A DNA stretch of 64,000 nt from Candidatus Micrarchaeota archaeon (GTDB lineage: Archaea > B1Sed10-29), in contig CAZOFO010000003.1 of NCBI GenBank assembly GCA_964579265.1, positions 1 through 64,000 on the forward strand, given 5' to 3'. The number at the start of each line of letters is the position of its first letter. Positions within the stretch are counted from its first letter, which is position 1. A program made the position numbers and the translations under genes. Positions 1 through 10,500 of the stretch are shown here, one piece after another. The notes under the pieces are model-generated. The model saw only the letters and a program-made list of their open reading frames with translations. It made no database searches and had not been told where the DNA came from.

Positions 1-2571
1 ACAGATACACCTGCAGAAGATATTGATATAAGAAGACCGGACGAAGGAGAAAAGTTCATTGTAGGAGGAGAAATACCTTTAAGAGCAGATGTATACGATT
101 CAGAAGGAGAAGAAGTGAAAGGAGGAACTCTAGATGTATCAGGAATATCAGGATGCTTCACTACACTTGATTTTGAAGGAGATGGAAGATTCGAAGGATC
201 TTGCAGTCCAGGAGACACAGGTGAACAAACACTTCAATTCACAGCAGAAGCAGCAGGTAAATCAGTAAGCGATTCAAAAACAGTAACAGTACTATCAGAA
301 CCTGATATAGACATCGAAATAATAGAGCCAGATACCGAACAGAACTACACAAGAGGAGAAGAAATACAATTCGAAATAGAAACATGGATGGACGGAGAAC
401 CCTTTGACGCTGACGAAGCAAAACTAAGACCTGAAGAAGACCCATCAATAGACTTTACAACTACAGACGGAGGACACACCTGGGAAACAACCCATGAAAC
501 AACGTACCAATCACCCAGAACAAAACAATATATAATAGAAGCGGAAGGAGAAGCCAGAGGAACAAAAGTAATTGCAGAAGAAGAAATTTATGTAACTTTA
601 GAACCAGTAGAACTAGACTTAGATATCAGTTACCACGACGAAGAAACTGGAGAAAAATACGAAACACTAGAAGACAGAGATAAACTAGGAGAAGACATAG
701 TCATAAGAGCAGAAGTAACATATCCAGACGGAACAAAAGTAAAGGAACTGGACGAAGAAGGAGAAATAGAAGGAACACTGGAAATATGGGAAGAAGGAGA
801 AAACGAAACAGACAAAACACATCTAACTTTCAAACAAACTCCAGAAGATGGAGTTTACGAATCAGAACAAAGTCATAGGATAGGAAGCGATGAATACGAA
901 TTCATAGCAACAGTAGAAGCAGAAGACGAACATGAAAACTCAGGAAAAGCAGAAAAAATGGTAGAAGGACCGGGAGATAGATTAACATTCGCTGAACTAA
1001 CCCGTCCCCACCCAAGAGCAGCATCTCCAGGACAAAACCTTACAATCAGAGGATACGTAGAAGGTCCAGACGGAGAAATATTAACAGAGCCAAAAATAAC
1101 AGTGAACAATAAAGAAATGGAAGTAGCTGCAGATGACCACTACGAGATAAACTACAAGATACCGGAAGACGAAGAAGTTGGAGAAGAATATCTCTTAGAC
1201 TTCACAATAGAACACGGAGAAGCAATTTATTCTGATGAAAGAACACTGGATCTGGAAGCACCAGTAATAAACCTGGATGAAGAGAAACTAGAAGAAAGAG
1301 GAATAGAAAAAAATGAAAAAATAACTGCCGAAATACTCTACCCCAACGGAGATCCAGTAAGAACAGGAGAATACCACTTGGAAATAGGAGAACAAGATTA
1401 TTCATTAACCTACAACCCAGAAATAGGCGTATGGGAGTCCGAAGAAATAGATCTAGGAAGGGACGAACAAACATTAACAGTAACCGTGGCAGGAGAAACT
1501 GCAGGAGTAGAAGCAGAAACAGCATCAAAAACAGGAGTAACATATAAATGGAGCCCAACAACTACAGAATGGTTGATAGCTACACCTGTAGCTATAGCAG
1601 GGATAATAGCAGGAATAATAGCTGCAATAGTAGGATCATGGTACTACTTCAAAAGATACAGATACATAAAAAAATTCAAAGACAAGATAGGAAAACTAAA
1701 AGAAACATTCATAAAAATGGACAACGCATACAGAGCATACGCAAAAACACACGACTCGGAAAAACTAAACTCCAGACAAGGAGACATAAAAAGCAAACAA
1801 AAATCAATAAGAGAAGAAATAAAAGAACTAACAGAAAAACAACCATTCCTCAAGAAAAAACAAGAAAAACAAGCAAAAGAAATCATAGAAAAAGCAACCA
1901 AAAAAGCACTCAGCTTCTACCCACCAAGCATGCCAGGAAAAAGAGCATGGCTAACAGGACTAACCAACTTCAAAGCAAACAAACTCTACACAGAAACAAA
2001 AGACAAATATGCAGACAAAGTAAAAACAATGAAAAAAGAAATGGAAGAAGACAAAGAAAAAATCAAACAAAAACTAATAGAAAAACACGGATTCAACAAA
2101 AACACAGCAAAAGGAATAATAAAATTCCAAGAAAAAAGACAAAAAAGAATACAAAAAATAAAAAAACAACTAAAACAAGGTAAAAAAGCACCAGAAATAA
2201 AAGAAAACATCAAAAAACAAATAAAAACAGGAGACAAAAAATTCCAAGAATACAGAGCAAAACAACTAATCAAAAAAGCAGGAGGAAAAATAAAACCAGA
2301 AGAACCAGAACCAGAACCAGAAGAAGAAGAAAAAGAATTCAAATCAGGAACCCATGAAAAAACGGAAAAAACAAAAGAAAAACCGGAAAAAAGAGAAAAA
2401 TACGAACCCGAAATAAACGCAGAAAAAGCATTGAAAGAACTAGTACAACTACTAAGAAACAGAGGACTCTCAGAAGAAAAAATAGAAAAACAAATCAAAA
2501 AAGAAGCAAAAACACAAGGAATGAAACCAGGAAAAGTAAAAGAAATACTAGAAGATATAAGAGAAGAATAA
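1..2571 (+). CDS. Large single-pass membrane-anchored surface protein (repeated acidic Ig-like beta domains, TM helix, Lys-rich cytoplasmic tail); 5' truncated by window edge
   Basis: Frame is open from base 1. Recurring units resembling DI.I..P......G..I..R..V..PDG; TM segment WLIATPVAIAGIIAGIIAAIVGSWYYF followed by KRYRYIKK. Confidence 0.75.
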   Translation, partial: TDTPAEDIDIRRPDEGEKFIVGGEIPLRADVYDSEGEEVKGGTLDVSGISGCFTTLDFEGDGRFEGSCSPGDTGEQTLQFTAEAAGKSVSDSKTVTVLSEPDIDIEIIEPDTEQNYTRGEEIQFEIETWMDGEPFDADEAKLRPEEDPSIDFTTTDGGHTWETTHETTYQSPRTKQYIIEAEGEARGTKVIAEEEIYVTLEPVELDLDISYHDEETGEKYETLEDRDKLGEDIVIRAEVTYPDGTKVKELDEEGEIEGTLEIWEEGENETDKTHLTFKQTPEDGVYESEQSHRIGSDEYEFIATVEAEDEHENSGKAEKMVEGPGDRLTFAELTRPHPRAASPGQNLTIRGYVEGPDGEILTEPKITVNNKEMEVAADDHYEINYKIPEDEEVGEEYLLDFTIEHGEAIYSDERTLDLEAPVINLDEEKLEERGIEKNEKITAEILYPNGDPVRTGEYHLEIGEQDYSLTYNPEIGVWESEEIDLGRDEQTLTVTVAGETAGVEAETASKTGVTYKWSPTTTEWLIATPVAIAGIIAGIIAAIVGSWYYFKRYRYIKKFKDKIGKLKETFIKMDNAYRAYAKTHDSEKLNSRQGDIKSKQKSIREEIKELTEKQPFLKKKQEKQAKEIIEKATKKALSFYPPSMPGKRAWLTGLTNFKANKLYTETKDKYADKVKTMKKEMEEDKEKIKQKLIEKHGFNKNTAKGIIKFQEKRQKRIQKIKKQLKQGKKAPEIKENIKKQIKTGDKKFQEYRAKQLIKKAGGKIKPEEPEPEPEEEEKEFKSGTHEKTEKTKEKPEKREKYEPEINAEKALKELVQLLRNRGLSEEKIEKQIKKEAKTQGMKPGKVKEILEDIREE

Positions 2572-2640
2572 AAATAGATATCAAAAACCTAATTCTAATC
2601 TACCCAGAGAGAAATAAACCTCGAAAAGAAAAATATACAC

Positions 2641-4872
2641 ATGGAAATAGAGAAAGCCACAGAAAAATACGACCTACCAAGAGGAATAACAGAAACACTC
2701 AAACAAAAAGGAATAACAGAACTAAACCCACTACAAAAAAAAGCCGTAGAAAAAGGACTACTGAACAAAGAAAAAGAATCCTACGTAGTATCCGCACCAA
2801 CAGGATCAGGAAAAACACTACTAGCAGAACTAATAGCCTCAAAAACAACCATAAATGACGGAAGAAAAGCACTGTACATATGTCCCTTAAGAGCACTAGC
2901 CACGGAACAATATAATAACTTCAAGGAAAAATACAGATCACTAGGAATGAAAACAGCACTATCCATAGGTGACTACGACTCAAAAGACAAAAAACTAGGA
3001 GAAAACAACCTCATAATCTCAAGCTACGAAAAAGCAGACTCACTAATGAGACACAACCCGGAATGGCTGAAAGATCTTGACCTACTCATAGTGGACGAAA
3101 TACAAAACGTAGACAGCGACAGAGGACCAACACTAGAAGTACTGATATCCAGAATAAAACACCTTAAACCAGAAATACAAGTAATAGCTCTATCAGCAAC
3201 AATGCCGAACACAGAAGAAATAGCGAACTGGATAAATGCCAAAACAATAAAATCCGACCACAGACCAGTACCACTATACGAAGGAATATACCACGATGGA
3301 GAAATAATCTTCAAACAAAAAGAAAACAGAAAAATACGAAAAAATAAAAGACCACTAAACTCAATCATCCGGGAAACACTTGAAAAAGACGAACAAGCCA
3401 TAGTATTCGCCAACACCAGAAAAAACACACAAACAAACTCCAAGAAAATATCAAAACTTACAAACGAAAAAATAAAAAACTATACACCAAGAAAAAAACA
3501 AGAACTAAACAAAAAAGCAGAAAAAATAAAAAACTCACTATCAAGACCAACAGAACAATGTAAAAAACTATCAGAAACAGTAAAAAAAGGCGCAGCATTC
3601 CACCACGCAGGACTAGTAAGAAAACAAAGAAACACAGTTGAAGAAGCCTTTGAAAAAGGCCTGATAAAAGTAATAGTCGCAACACCAACCCTGGCAGCAG
3701 GTATAAACCTACCTACGAAAAGAGTAATAATGAACTCAATGTACATGTACACAGGAAAAGGTTCACAACTAATCTCAACAAACAGATACAAACAAAGAGC
3801 AGGGAGAGCAGGCAGACCACAATTCGACAACTACGGAGAATCAATAATAATAACTAGAAAGGAAGAGGAAATACAAAAATTCACTGAAAAATACATAGAA
3901 GGAGATCTAGAGCCCGTAGAATCAAAACTAGGATCAGAACCTGTGTTAAGAGAACACGTACTATCAACAATAACCGGTTTCTGCCACACACAAAAAGATC
4001 TTGAAAACTTCTTCTCAAATACCTACTACGGAAAGACCTACGGAACCACAGAACAACTGAAAAACATCCTGGAAAACGTTACAAAGGATCTGGAAAACTG
4101 GGAACAAATAAAAATAGAAAAAGAAAACAAAGAGAAAAAACTCATACCTACAGCACTGGGAAAAAGAGTATCACAACTATACATAGATCCACTATCAGCA
4201 CACAGAATAAACAAAGCATTAAAAAATGAAGAAATAAGCGAAACAGGATACCTATTCACAATAGCGGACACAGAAGAAATGAGACCATACTTAAAAGTCA
4301 AGAAAAACGAAGAAGCAGAACTATGGTCAGAAGCAAGACAAAAACAAGACAAGATACCAAAAAACCTCCAGGGATTCGACCTAAGCGTAAACTTCCCGAA
4401 CAAGTACAAACTCACAAAGATGCTCAAAGACTGGATAAACGAAACAGAAGAAGAAAAAATAATGGAAAGATACGGAGTACCTCCAGGAATACTCAGAAGA
4501 TACCTAAAAAACGGAGACTGGATACTGTACTCAGCACAAGAACTAGCAAAACTAACCGGAAAAACAGAAAAACTAAAACCACTTTTAAAAATACAAAAAA
4601 GAATGAAACACGGAATAAGAAAAGAACTAATACCTCTAACAGATATAAAAGGAATAGGAAGAGTAAGAGCACGAAAACTACACCAAAAAAACATAAAGAA
4701 ACCATCAGATATCAAAGAGACAGAATACCCTAAACTAGCGAACTTACTAGGACCTAAAACAGCTAAAAATATAAAAGAAAGACTAGGTCAAGATGTGGAA
4801 GAGGAATACAATGAAATATCTTCAAGCCAGAAAACTAATGCTCCAGCACAAAAAACAATAAGCGACTATTAA
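2641..4872 (+). CDS. hel308: Ski2-like DNA helicase Hel308/Hjm
   Basis: APTGSGKT, DEIQ, LSAT, HHAGL, TPTLAAGINLP, QRAGRAGRP, HhH motif GIGRVRAR, C-terminal PIP-like QKTISDY. Confidence 0.95.
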   Translation: MEIEKATEKYDLPRGITETLKQKGITELNPLQKKAVEKGLLNKEKESYVVSAPTGSGKTLLAELIASKTTINDGRKALYICPLRALATEQYNNFKEKYRSLGMKTALSIGDYDSKDKKLGENNLIISSYEKADSLMRHNPEWLKDLDLLIVDEIQNVDSDRGPTLEVLISRIKHLKPEIQVIALSATMPNTEEIANWINAKTIKSDHRPVPLYEGIYHDGEIIFKQKENRKIRKNKRPLNSIIRETLEKDEQAIVFANTRKNTQTNSKKISKLTNEKIKNYTPRKKQELNKKAEKIKNSLSRPTEQCKKLSETVKKGAAFHHAGLVRKQRNTVEEAFEKGLIKVIVATPTLAAGINLPTKRVIMNSMYMYTGKGSQLISTNRYKQRAGRAGRPQFDNYGESIIITRKEEEIQKFTEKYIEGDLEPVESKLGSEPVLREHVLSTITGFCHTQKDLENFFSNTYYGKTYGTTEQLKNILENVTKDLENWEQIKIEKENKEKKLIPTALGKRVSQLYIDPLSAHRINKALKNEEISETGYLFTIADTEEMRPYLKVKKNEEAELWSEARQKQDKIPKNLQGFDLSVNFPNKYKLTKMLKDWINETEEEKIMERYGVPPGILRRYLKNGDWILYSAQELAKLTGKTEKLKPLLKIQKRMKHGIRKELIPLTDIKGIGRVRARKLHQKNIKKPSDIKETEYPKLANLLGPKTAKNIKERLGQDVEEEYNEISSSQKTNAPAQKTISDY

Positions 4873-4882
4873 AACTAGTTCT

Positions 4883-6085
4883 TCAAGAACTAAATCTTTC
4901 TTCTATAACTTTTTTAACCTTATCTGCAGGATAAGCAAGCTTAATAAGGGTTGTATTTCCCCTGACTCCTTTTCCTGATATGTTGGTCGTTACGAGACCG
5001 AGCATGTCTAGGTCATCGATGTATTCTCTGCACCATCTTGCGCTCTTCGGATCCTTCCCTCTATTTTCACATAGGGACTCGTATCTGCTGTAAACCTCTC
5101 CAGACATCAATGTTTTTTCATCATCAGTACCGTCTAGCTTCTTATAATGGCCTCCTTCTTCCGTTAATTGAGCTATAGCATAAAGAAGAATCTTTTGATG
5201 TTCAGGGAGGGTTTCAATTGTCTCATAGACAATTTCTTCTTCTACTCTTTCTCTGGCTTTTTTAACATGCTCATCAGTTACTTTTTCATCTCCTTTTTCG
5301 TCTGCTATCTCTCCGGATTTCTGTATTAGCATAAGAGCTCTTCTAGCATCACCTGATTCCTGTGCAGCTGTAGCTGAAGCTAAGTTAATTGCTGATTGAT
5401 CGATTTTATCTTCTTTAAATCCTTTCTCCACTCTCTGTTCTAGTATTTCTTTCAATTCTTCTGCATCGTAAGGGGAGAAAACTGTTTCTTCTTCACAAAG
5501 AGTTGATCTGCTTCTTGGATCCAGATCTTCTTTGAAATTAACTTCGTTAGTAATCCCCACTATGATTAATTGACCTTCCTCTATCTCATCATTGGTTCTA
5601 GTTAAAGTATATATCAAATCATCTAGGGATTTGTTCTTATCTACCTCATCAAGCATAACTATAAAGTTGGTTCCTTTTTCTTCGATGTAATCGACCACTT
5701 TATCGTACAGATGAGCGAAAGCGTATCCTATAAATTCCTGGTCGGGATAGCAGTACTCAACCATCTTCAATATAACCTGGTACTTGGTATCCTGCACTCT
5801 GCAGTTTATGTACACTGGATCCACTTCAACCTCGTACTTATCCTTAACTTGCTCAAGTTTACCTATGACATGTTTAGCTGCACTTGTTTTACCTGTACCT
5901 GTTTTACCGTACAGAAAAAGATTTTTGGATTTCTTGTTGGATAAAGAAGGAGCAAGAGTCTTCATTATTTTTTCGATTTCTTCTTCCCTATGCGGTAATT
6001 CATCAGGAATATAATGTGCTGATAAAACATCTCGGTCCTTGAAGACGGTATCCTTGTTAAGTTCCTGTTCGAAAATATCTTTCAT
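4883..6085 (-). CDS. cdc6: Orc1/Cdc6 replication initiator
   Basis: YIPDELPHRE, Walker A GKTGTGKT, YINC, Walker B LDEVD, GDARRA, C-terminal winged helix. Confidence 0.96.
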   Translation of the reverse strand: MKDIFEQELNKDTVFKDRDVLSAHYIPDELPHREEEIEKIMKTLAPSLSNKKSKNLFLYGKTGTGKTSAAKHVIGKLEQVKDKYEVEVDPVYINCRVQDTKYQVILKMVEYCYPDQEFIGYAFAHLYDKVVDYIEEKGTNFIVMLDEVDKNKSLDDLIYTLTRTNDEIEEGQLIIVGITNEVNFKEDLDPRSRSTLCEEETVFSPYDAEELKEILEQRVEKGFKEDKIDQSAINLASATAAQESGDARRALMLIQKSGEIADEKGDEKVTDEHVKKARERVEEEIVYETIETLPEHQKILLYAIAQLTEEGGHYKKLDGTDDEKTLMSGEVYSRYESLCENRGKDPKSARWCREYIDDLDMLGLVTTNISGKGVRGNTTLIKLAYPADKVKKVIEERFSS

Positions 6086-6246
6086 TTAGCTCACTCTCAA
6101 GTTTTTCCCTGGTCTTTATGCCTTTCAACCCTTTACCTTAAAATATGTAGAGTACCATAATATTTACTGACAATCAGCAATATGAGTTATGAACACGGTA
6201 AAATATAAAATTAGAGGTAACATAATAATATAGGAGGTAACACAAC

Positions 6247-6603
6247 ATGGCTGGTTTCATGGACAAACTAAAAGTAAATAAAAATGAAGAGAGTGAAGAC
6301 GTTGAGGAGATCCTCAATCAGTTAGGACTAGAAGAAGGAGATCTAATGCAGGAAGAAGCAGACACCTGGGTAAAAGTAAGCACTCTAGAGAACTCTTCGG
6401 ATCTAGATGTAGTTGCTAGTGAACTGAGAGAAGGTAATCTAGTGCTACTGAATATAGGGCCGATGTACAGAAAGAATAAAGTGAAATTAAGACAATCTAT
6501 ATCCCAGTTAAAAGGAACCGTTAGCGACCTAAACGGTGACATAGCCAGATTATCCGAAGATAAGGTTCTAGCAACACCCTCAGGAACCAAGATAGAAAGA
6601 TAA
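6247..6603 (+). CDS. sepF: Archaeal cell division protein SepF
   Basis: ELREGNLVLLNI ... GDIARL ... VLATPSG pattern; 118 aa; GGAGGT SD upstream. Confidence 0.85.
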   Translation: MAGFMDKLKVNKNEESEDVEEILNQLGLEEGDLMQEEADTWVKVSTLENSSDLDVVASELREGNLVLLNIGPMYRKNKVKLRQSISQLKGTVSDLNGDIARLSEDKVLATPSGTKIER

Positions 6604-6749
6604 ATTAACTGAAGGACTGTAAAGTACTTTGGATAGCAGGATAAAGCAGTCTAAACTGGAGAGAATGAATCTCTCTTCAATGTCTGCCGATAGATTTGAA
6701 GAGATGTTAAAACCAGGTCAAACTGGTTCAACAAGAGGAAGTTAAATAA

Positions 6750-7538
6750 ATGGTTAAACTAGATAGCCCTGCAGCGTCCCTATCCATCAAGTCAAGCGAC
6801 GTGATGGATATACTCGAAAATATATTGGAAGAGAAGCACTGGAAAGATTTTGATCCTTCCAGTGTAGAGCTTGATTTTATTCCTTACTATATTTTTAACT
6901 ACGATATTCTAGTTGAACAAGAGATGCGTGGAGAAACGGTTTCACAGGGTTTTTCAGGTAAGACTGCTCTTAATGCTATAGAAGCTGAGATAGAACCTAT
7001 TGTAACACAGATAATGGATAACCAACCTATTGATTTCAACAAAGAACTGGAGATAGACTACGATGATTACAATGTTAATACTCCAGCTGTATCTGAAGAT
7101 GAGCTTAAAGAAACCTGTGAAATAAAAATAGCTAGTCAATATAATGTTTCAAAAGATGATGTAGCTACTTCGGCTTTCAGATTGGTTTACTGGCCTGTTT
7201 GGACCATATTTGTCAGAATACCTGAAGGAGGAGTTCACAAACTCTACGTTGACGGGGTATCAGGACATCCAATGAATGTTGAACAGGTTCCTGAAAGAGA
7301 AAAAGGATGGGTCGAAGTTTCTAAAGATACATTCACAAAACTGAAGTCACCGAGTGGATGGGGAGAAGTAGGTAAAAAAGCTGCAAAGACAGCTGCAGGT
7401 GGAATGGGTTCTGCAGTTAAAAGTGGAGAAGAAGAAAGAGGCGGTTCAGGAGCTTTAAGCTGGTTATTTAAGACTAAAGCAGGAAGATACACTTTAATAC
7501 TATTGATATTGCTTATTTTGATAATTGTATTACTTTAA
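6750..7538 (+). CDS. Uncharacterised protein with C-terminal membrane anchor
   Basis: 262-aa ORF with FIPYYIFNY / LVYWPVW / YVDGVSG motifs and a terminal hydrophobic helix. Confidence 0.75.
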   Translation: MVKLDSPAASLSIKSSDVMDILENILEEKHWKDFDPSSVELDFIPYYIFNYDILVEQEMRGETVSQGFSGKTALNAIEAEIEPIVTQIMDNQPIDFNKELEIDYDDYNVNTPAVSEDELKETCEIKIASQYNVSKDDVATSAFRLVYWPVWTIFVRIPEGGVHKLYVDGVSGHPMNVEQVPEREKGWVEVSKDTFTKLKSPSGWGEVGKKAAKTAAGGMGSAVKSGEEERGGSGALSWLFKTKAGRYTLILLILLILIIVLL

Positions 7539-7541
7539 CTC

Positions 7542-10500
7542 TTAGAAATCTGCTAGCGATTGTTGTTTTGATTTCTTTGTTTCAAATATTTGCTCTAGAT
7601 CTTGTTTCACTAGTTCTAGTCTTTGTTTTATGTAGTCGGATGCATCGTATTTATCCGCTATTCTCTTTGATATGGATAAATATTTCTCTATTCCTTTTTG
7701 ATGTACTGTGAGAAGTATTTTTCCTCCGCAATCTGTGCATTTCCCTATTAATGGTGCTCTTCTGAATTTTTTATTGCAGTCCACGCACCTGAATGTTTGT
7801 TGACCGAAAGCTCTCAGGTTTCCGTATATATCTTTCATGAAGTGAAGATTGATTAATTTTTTAGCCATATCTTTTTCGTCCACGGCTCTTATTCTCTTTC
7901 CGAGTTCCATTTGTTTTTCTACTTTTTCTTCCATCGCTTTCATCTTTGTATATTGAGATCTCCTTGGGCCTACATCGAAATTTTCAGTATCGTGAGTAAA
8001 TCCTTGTCCCTCGAACTCTTGATCTGTACCTAGTTTATCTTCAACTATGTCTATATCTACTTCTCTTGGGTTCTTCATTTCTTGTGTTGCTTCGTAGAAC
8101 TCAAGCGGGAATTCATTAACTGTTTCCATTGCATGAACTTCATCGTCTATCTCTGAAGGATCAATACAAGTTGAAAGGACTAGGGGGGCATCTTCTGAAC
8201 CTCCGGGCCTATCTGGGAGGTATTCTCTAGAGAAATTTAGTAATGCATCCATAAGGAGCATGAAAGAATCTTCGTCTCCGTCACAATTTCTTCTTTTCGC
8301 GCAATGGAAGTAAGGATGAGCGTATCCTGCTTTTGCTCGATTGAATCCTATTATCCTAGCTATTACTCCTGCTGAGGTATGTGGTGCTAGTCCTATGGCG
8401 AGTTTTCCTATGAGGTCTTCTTTTTTCTCTATTTCATAGTATGGTTCCATGCCGTAATATTTCTCTAGTGTTTCGTCTATAAAGTTAGCTACGTTCATCA
8501 TGTATTTTATCGAGTTTTGAGGTATAAGGATATCGTTTGGTTTTAATTCTAGTATTTGATCTTCTTTCTTTAGTTTGTTGTTTTTGTAGTCTCTTTTGTA
8601 TCCGAGTTCTTTGAGTTTTTCAACACTTACTCCTATTTCTTTTGGTTTGAAATGAGTTATCGGTAGGTCTAATGCGTCGTATCTTATTGTTCCGTCCATA
8701 AATACGGATATTCCGTGTTTTGCTCTTATTAAGGCTTTTTCTATAGGTTCAAATAAATGATGTTGGTTGTTGGTTCCTTTTACTCCTTTTATTTTTTCTG
8801 GGATGGATATTTGTTCGTTTGAAGTTGATTTGATTGTTCTGTTTTCTTTTTCTCCGGCTCTTTTTATCATTTCTTTTGCTCTTTTGTATTCTTTTCTCAT
8901 GTTCACGGTTTTTTCGTGATAGGTGGTTGTGTCTCCTCCGCAGCTTTCGCATTTTTCTTCTTTTTGTAGTCTTCCGCATTTTCTACATTTTCTCATTAGC
9001 TCGGCAGTTTCTTCGCATTCTGGGCATTGGTATCTGAATAATTCTTCTTTGCATTCCGGACAGAATAGTAATGCTTTCTCTATTTTAACTGTTTTTTGAT
9101 CTGCTGCTTTGTTTACTAGTCTTTCTTTGCCTCCTGCTTCGCTTACTGGGATTAATCCATGTGGTGCTGGTGACATTTCTCTTGGTTTGGATTTTTCTGG
9201 TCTTCCCATTCTTGTTCCCACGTATACTGGTGCTTTTTCGTATACTGGGAAGCTGCTTAGTTTATTTATTAGTTCTAATGTGTTTTCTGATTCTCTTGTA
9301 AGTTTATTTATGTCTTTTTCTTTGTTTAATCCTAGTGTTTCGGCCAGTATTTCTCCGTGTTTTATCTTTATTGTATTTTCCTCTTTTTTATGAGGTATGC
9401 ATATCTTTTCAAGAAGTCTTTTCTTATCAAGGTTATTCACAGTTAGGTAGAGAACTTTTTCTCCTTTTAGAGATTTGTACTCTCCGTAATCACCGTGTTT
9501 TTCTAGCCATTTCCATAGTTCCATCGTTTCTTCTAAATTCAGGTCTCCGTAGTGGTAGGTGTATTTTGGATGCATTGGTACTTGGTATTTCTTTGATATT
9601 TCTAAGGCTTTTTTCGGATCTGTTTTTTCTGGTCTTTCTATCTCTTTTTCTACATCTAAATCTATTTCTTCTTTTTCTTCTTTTTTCTTTTCTAGTATTT
9701 TTTTCCACCATTCTTCGCATATTCCTGAGGGCACTAGCATGTGGTTGTTGTCTAGGAAGTCTCCAAATGTTGCTAATATGTCTCCTAGGAATAATATTTC
9801 TTCTATTTCGTGTTTTATTTTTTTAGCTTCTTTTACGGAGTTTACTTTTTGCACGTCTCCGTTTCTCAGTTTTACTATCGGTGGTTCTATTTCATCGCAG
9901 GGAGTTATTGAAGCTGCTTTGCCCGGTCTTTCTGTTTTTATCTGTGTTCCTAGTGCTATGAAGTCATCTAGAACTACGAATGATGCTGGGTGTATGCTTT
10001 GAGCTGCTATTCCGCTGCTTCTGCTTTTTCCGTATCTTAATCTGAATCCTCCTTCTCTCATCGGATAGCTGAATACTGGTCTTCCTCCTACTACGTTTCC
10101 CATAAATTTTTTGTTGGGTGTGATTTCTTTTTTTTCTTTTGTTTTTTCTTTTCCTTCTGTATCTTTTTTCTTTACTTCTATTATGCTTTCAAGCCATTCC
10201 CATTCTAAATCATGTTCTTGAGTGGTTTTTAAAACTTTCTTTTTTTTCTGGGCTATTCCTTCTGCCATTACTAAGCACATTCCTCCTCTTAATCTGTTTG
10301 TGTCTACTCCTTCTACGTTTTTGTTGGCTTTTACTTCTATGTTTTCTGTTGGTCCTCCGTCAACGCATACTGGACAGTTTTCTGCAATTTCTTTTACTTC
10401 TTCTTCCTCTGGGTGGTACTGTAGGTTTGTTGCTTCTTGATGGTATGTTTCTACTTCTTCTGCGTATCTTTCTATTTGTTTTTTGGTGGATTTGTATTCG

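Noticed and set aside
1548..2183. Lys/Arg/Asn-rich same-strand alternative-frame ORFs (also 4323-4733, 15545-16012, 34658-34975)
   Set aside because: Off-frame readings of A-rich genes; 15545-16012 also runs into tRNA-Tyr.
6086..6246. Canonical ORB-containing origin directly upstream of cdc6
   Set aside because: No TCCAxTGGAAA/G-string boxes are present; the repeated GAGGTAACA is explained at least partly by the sepF Shine-Dalgarno.
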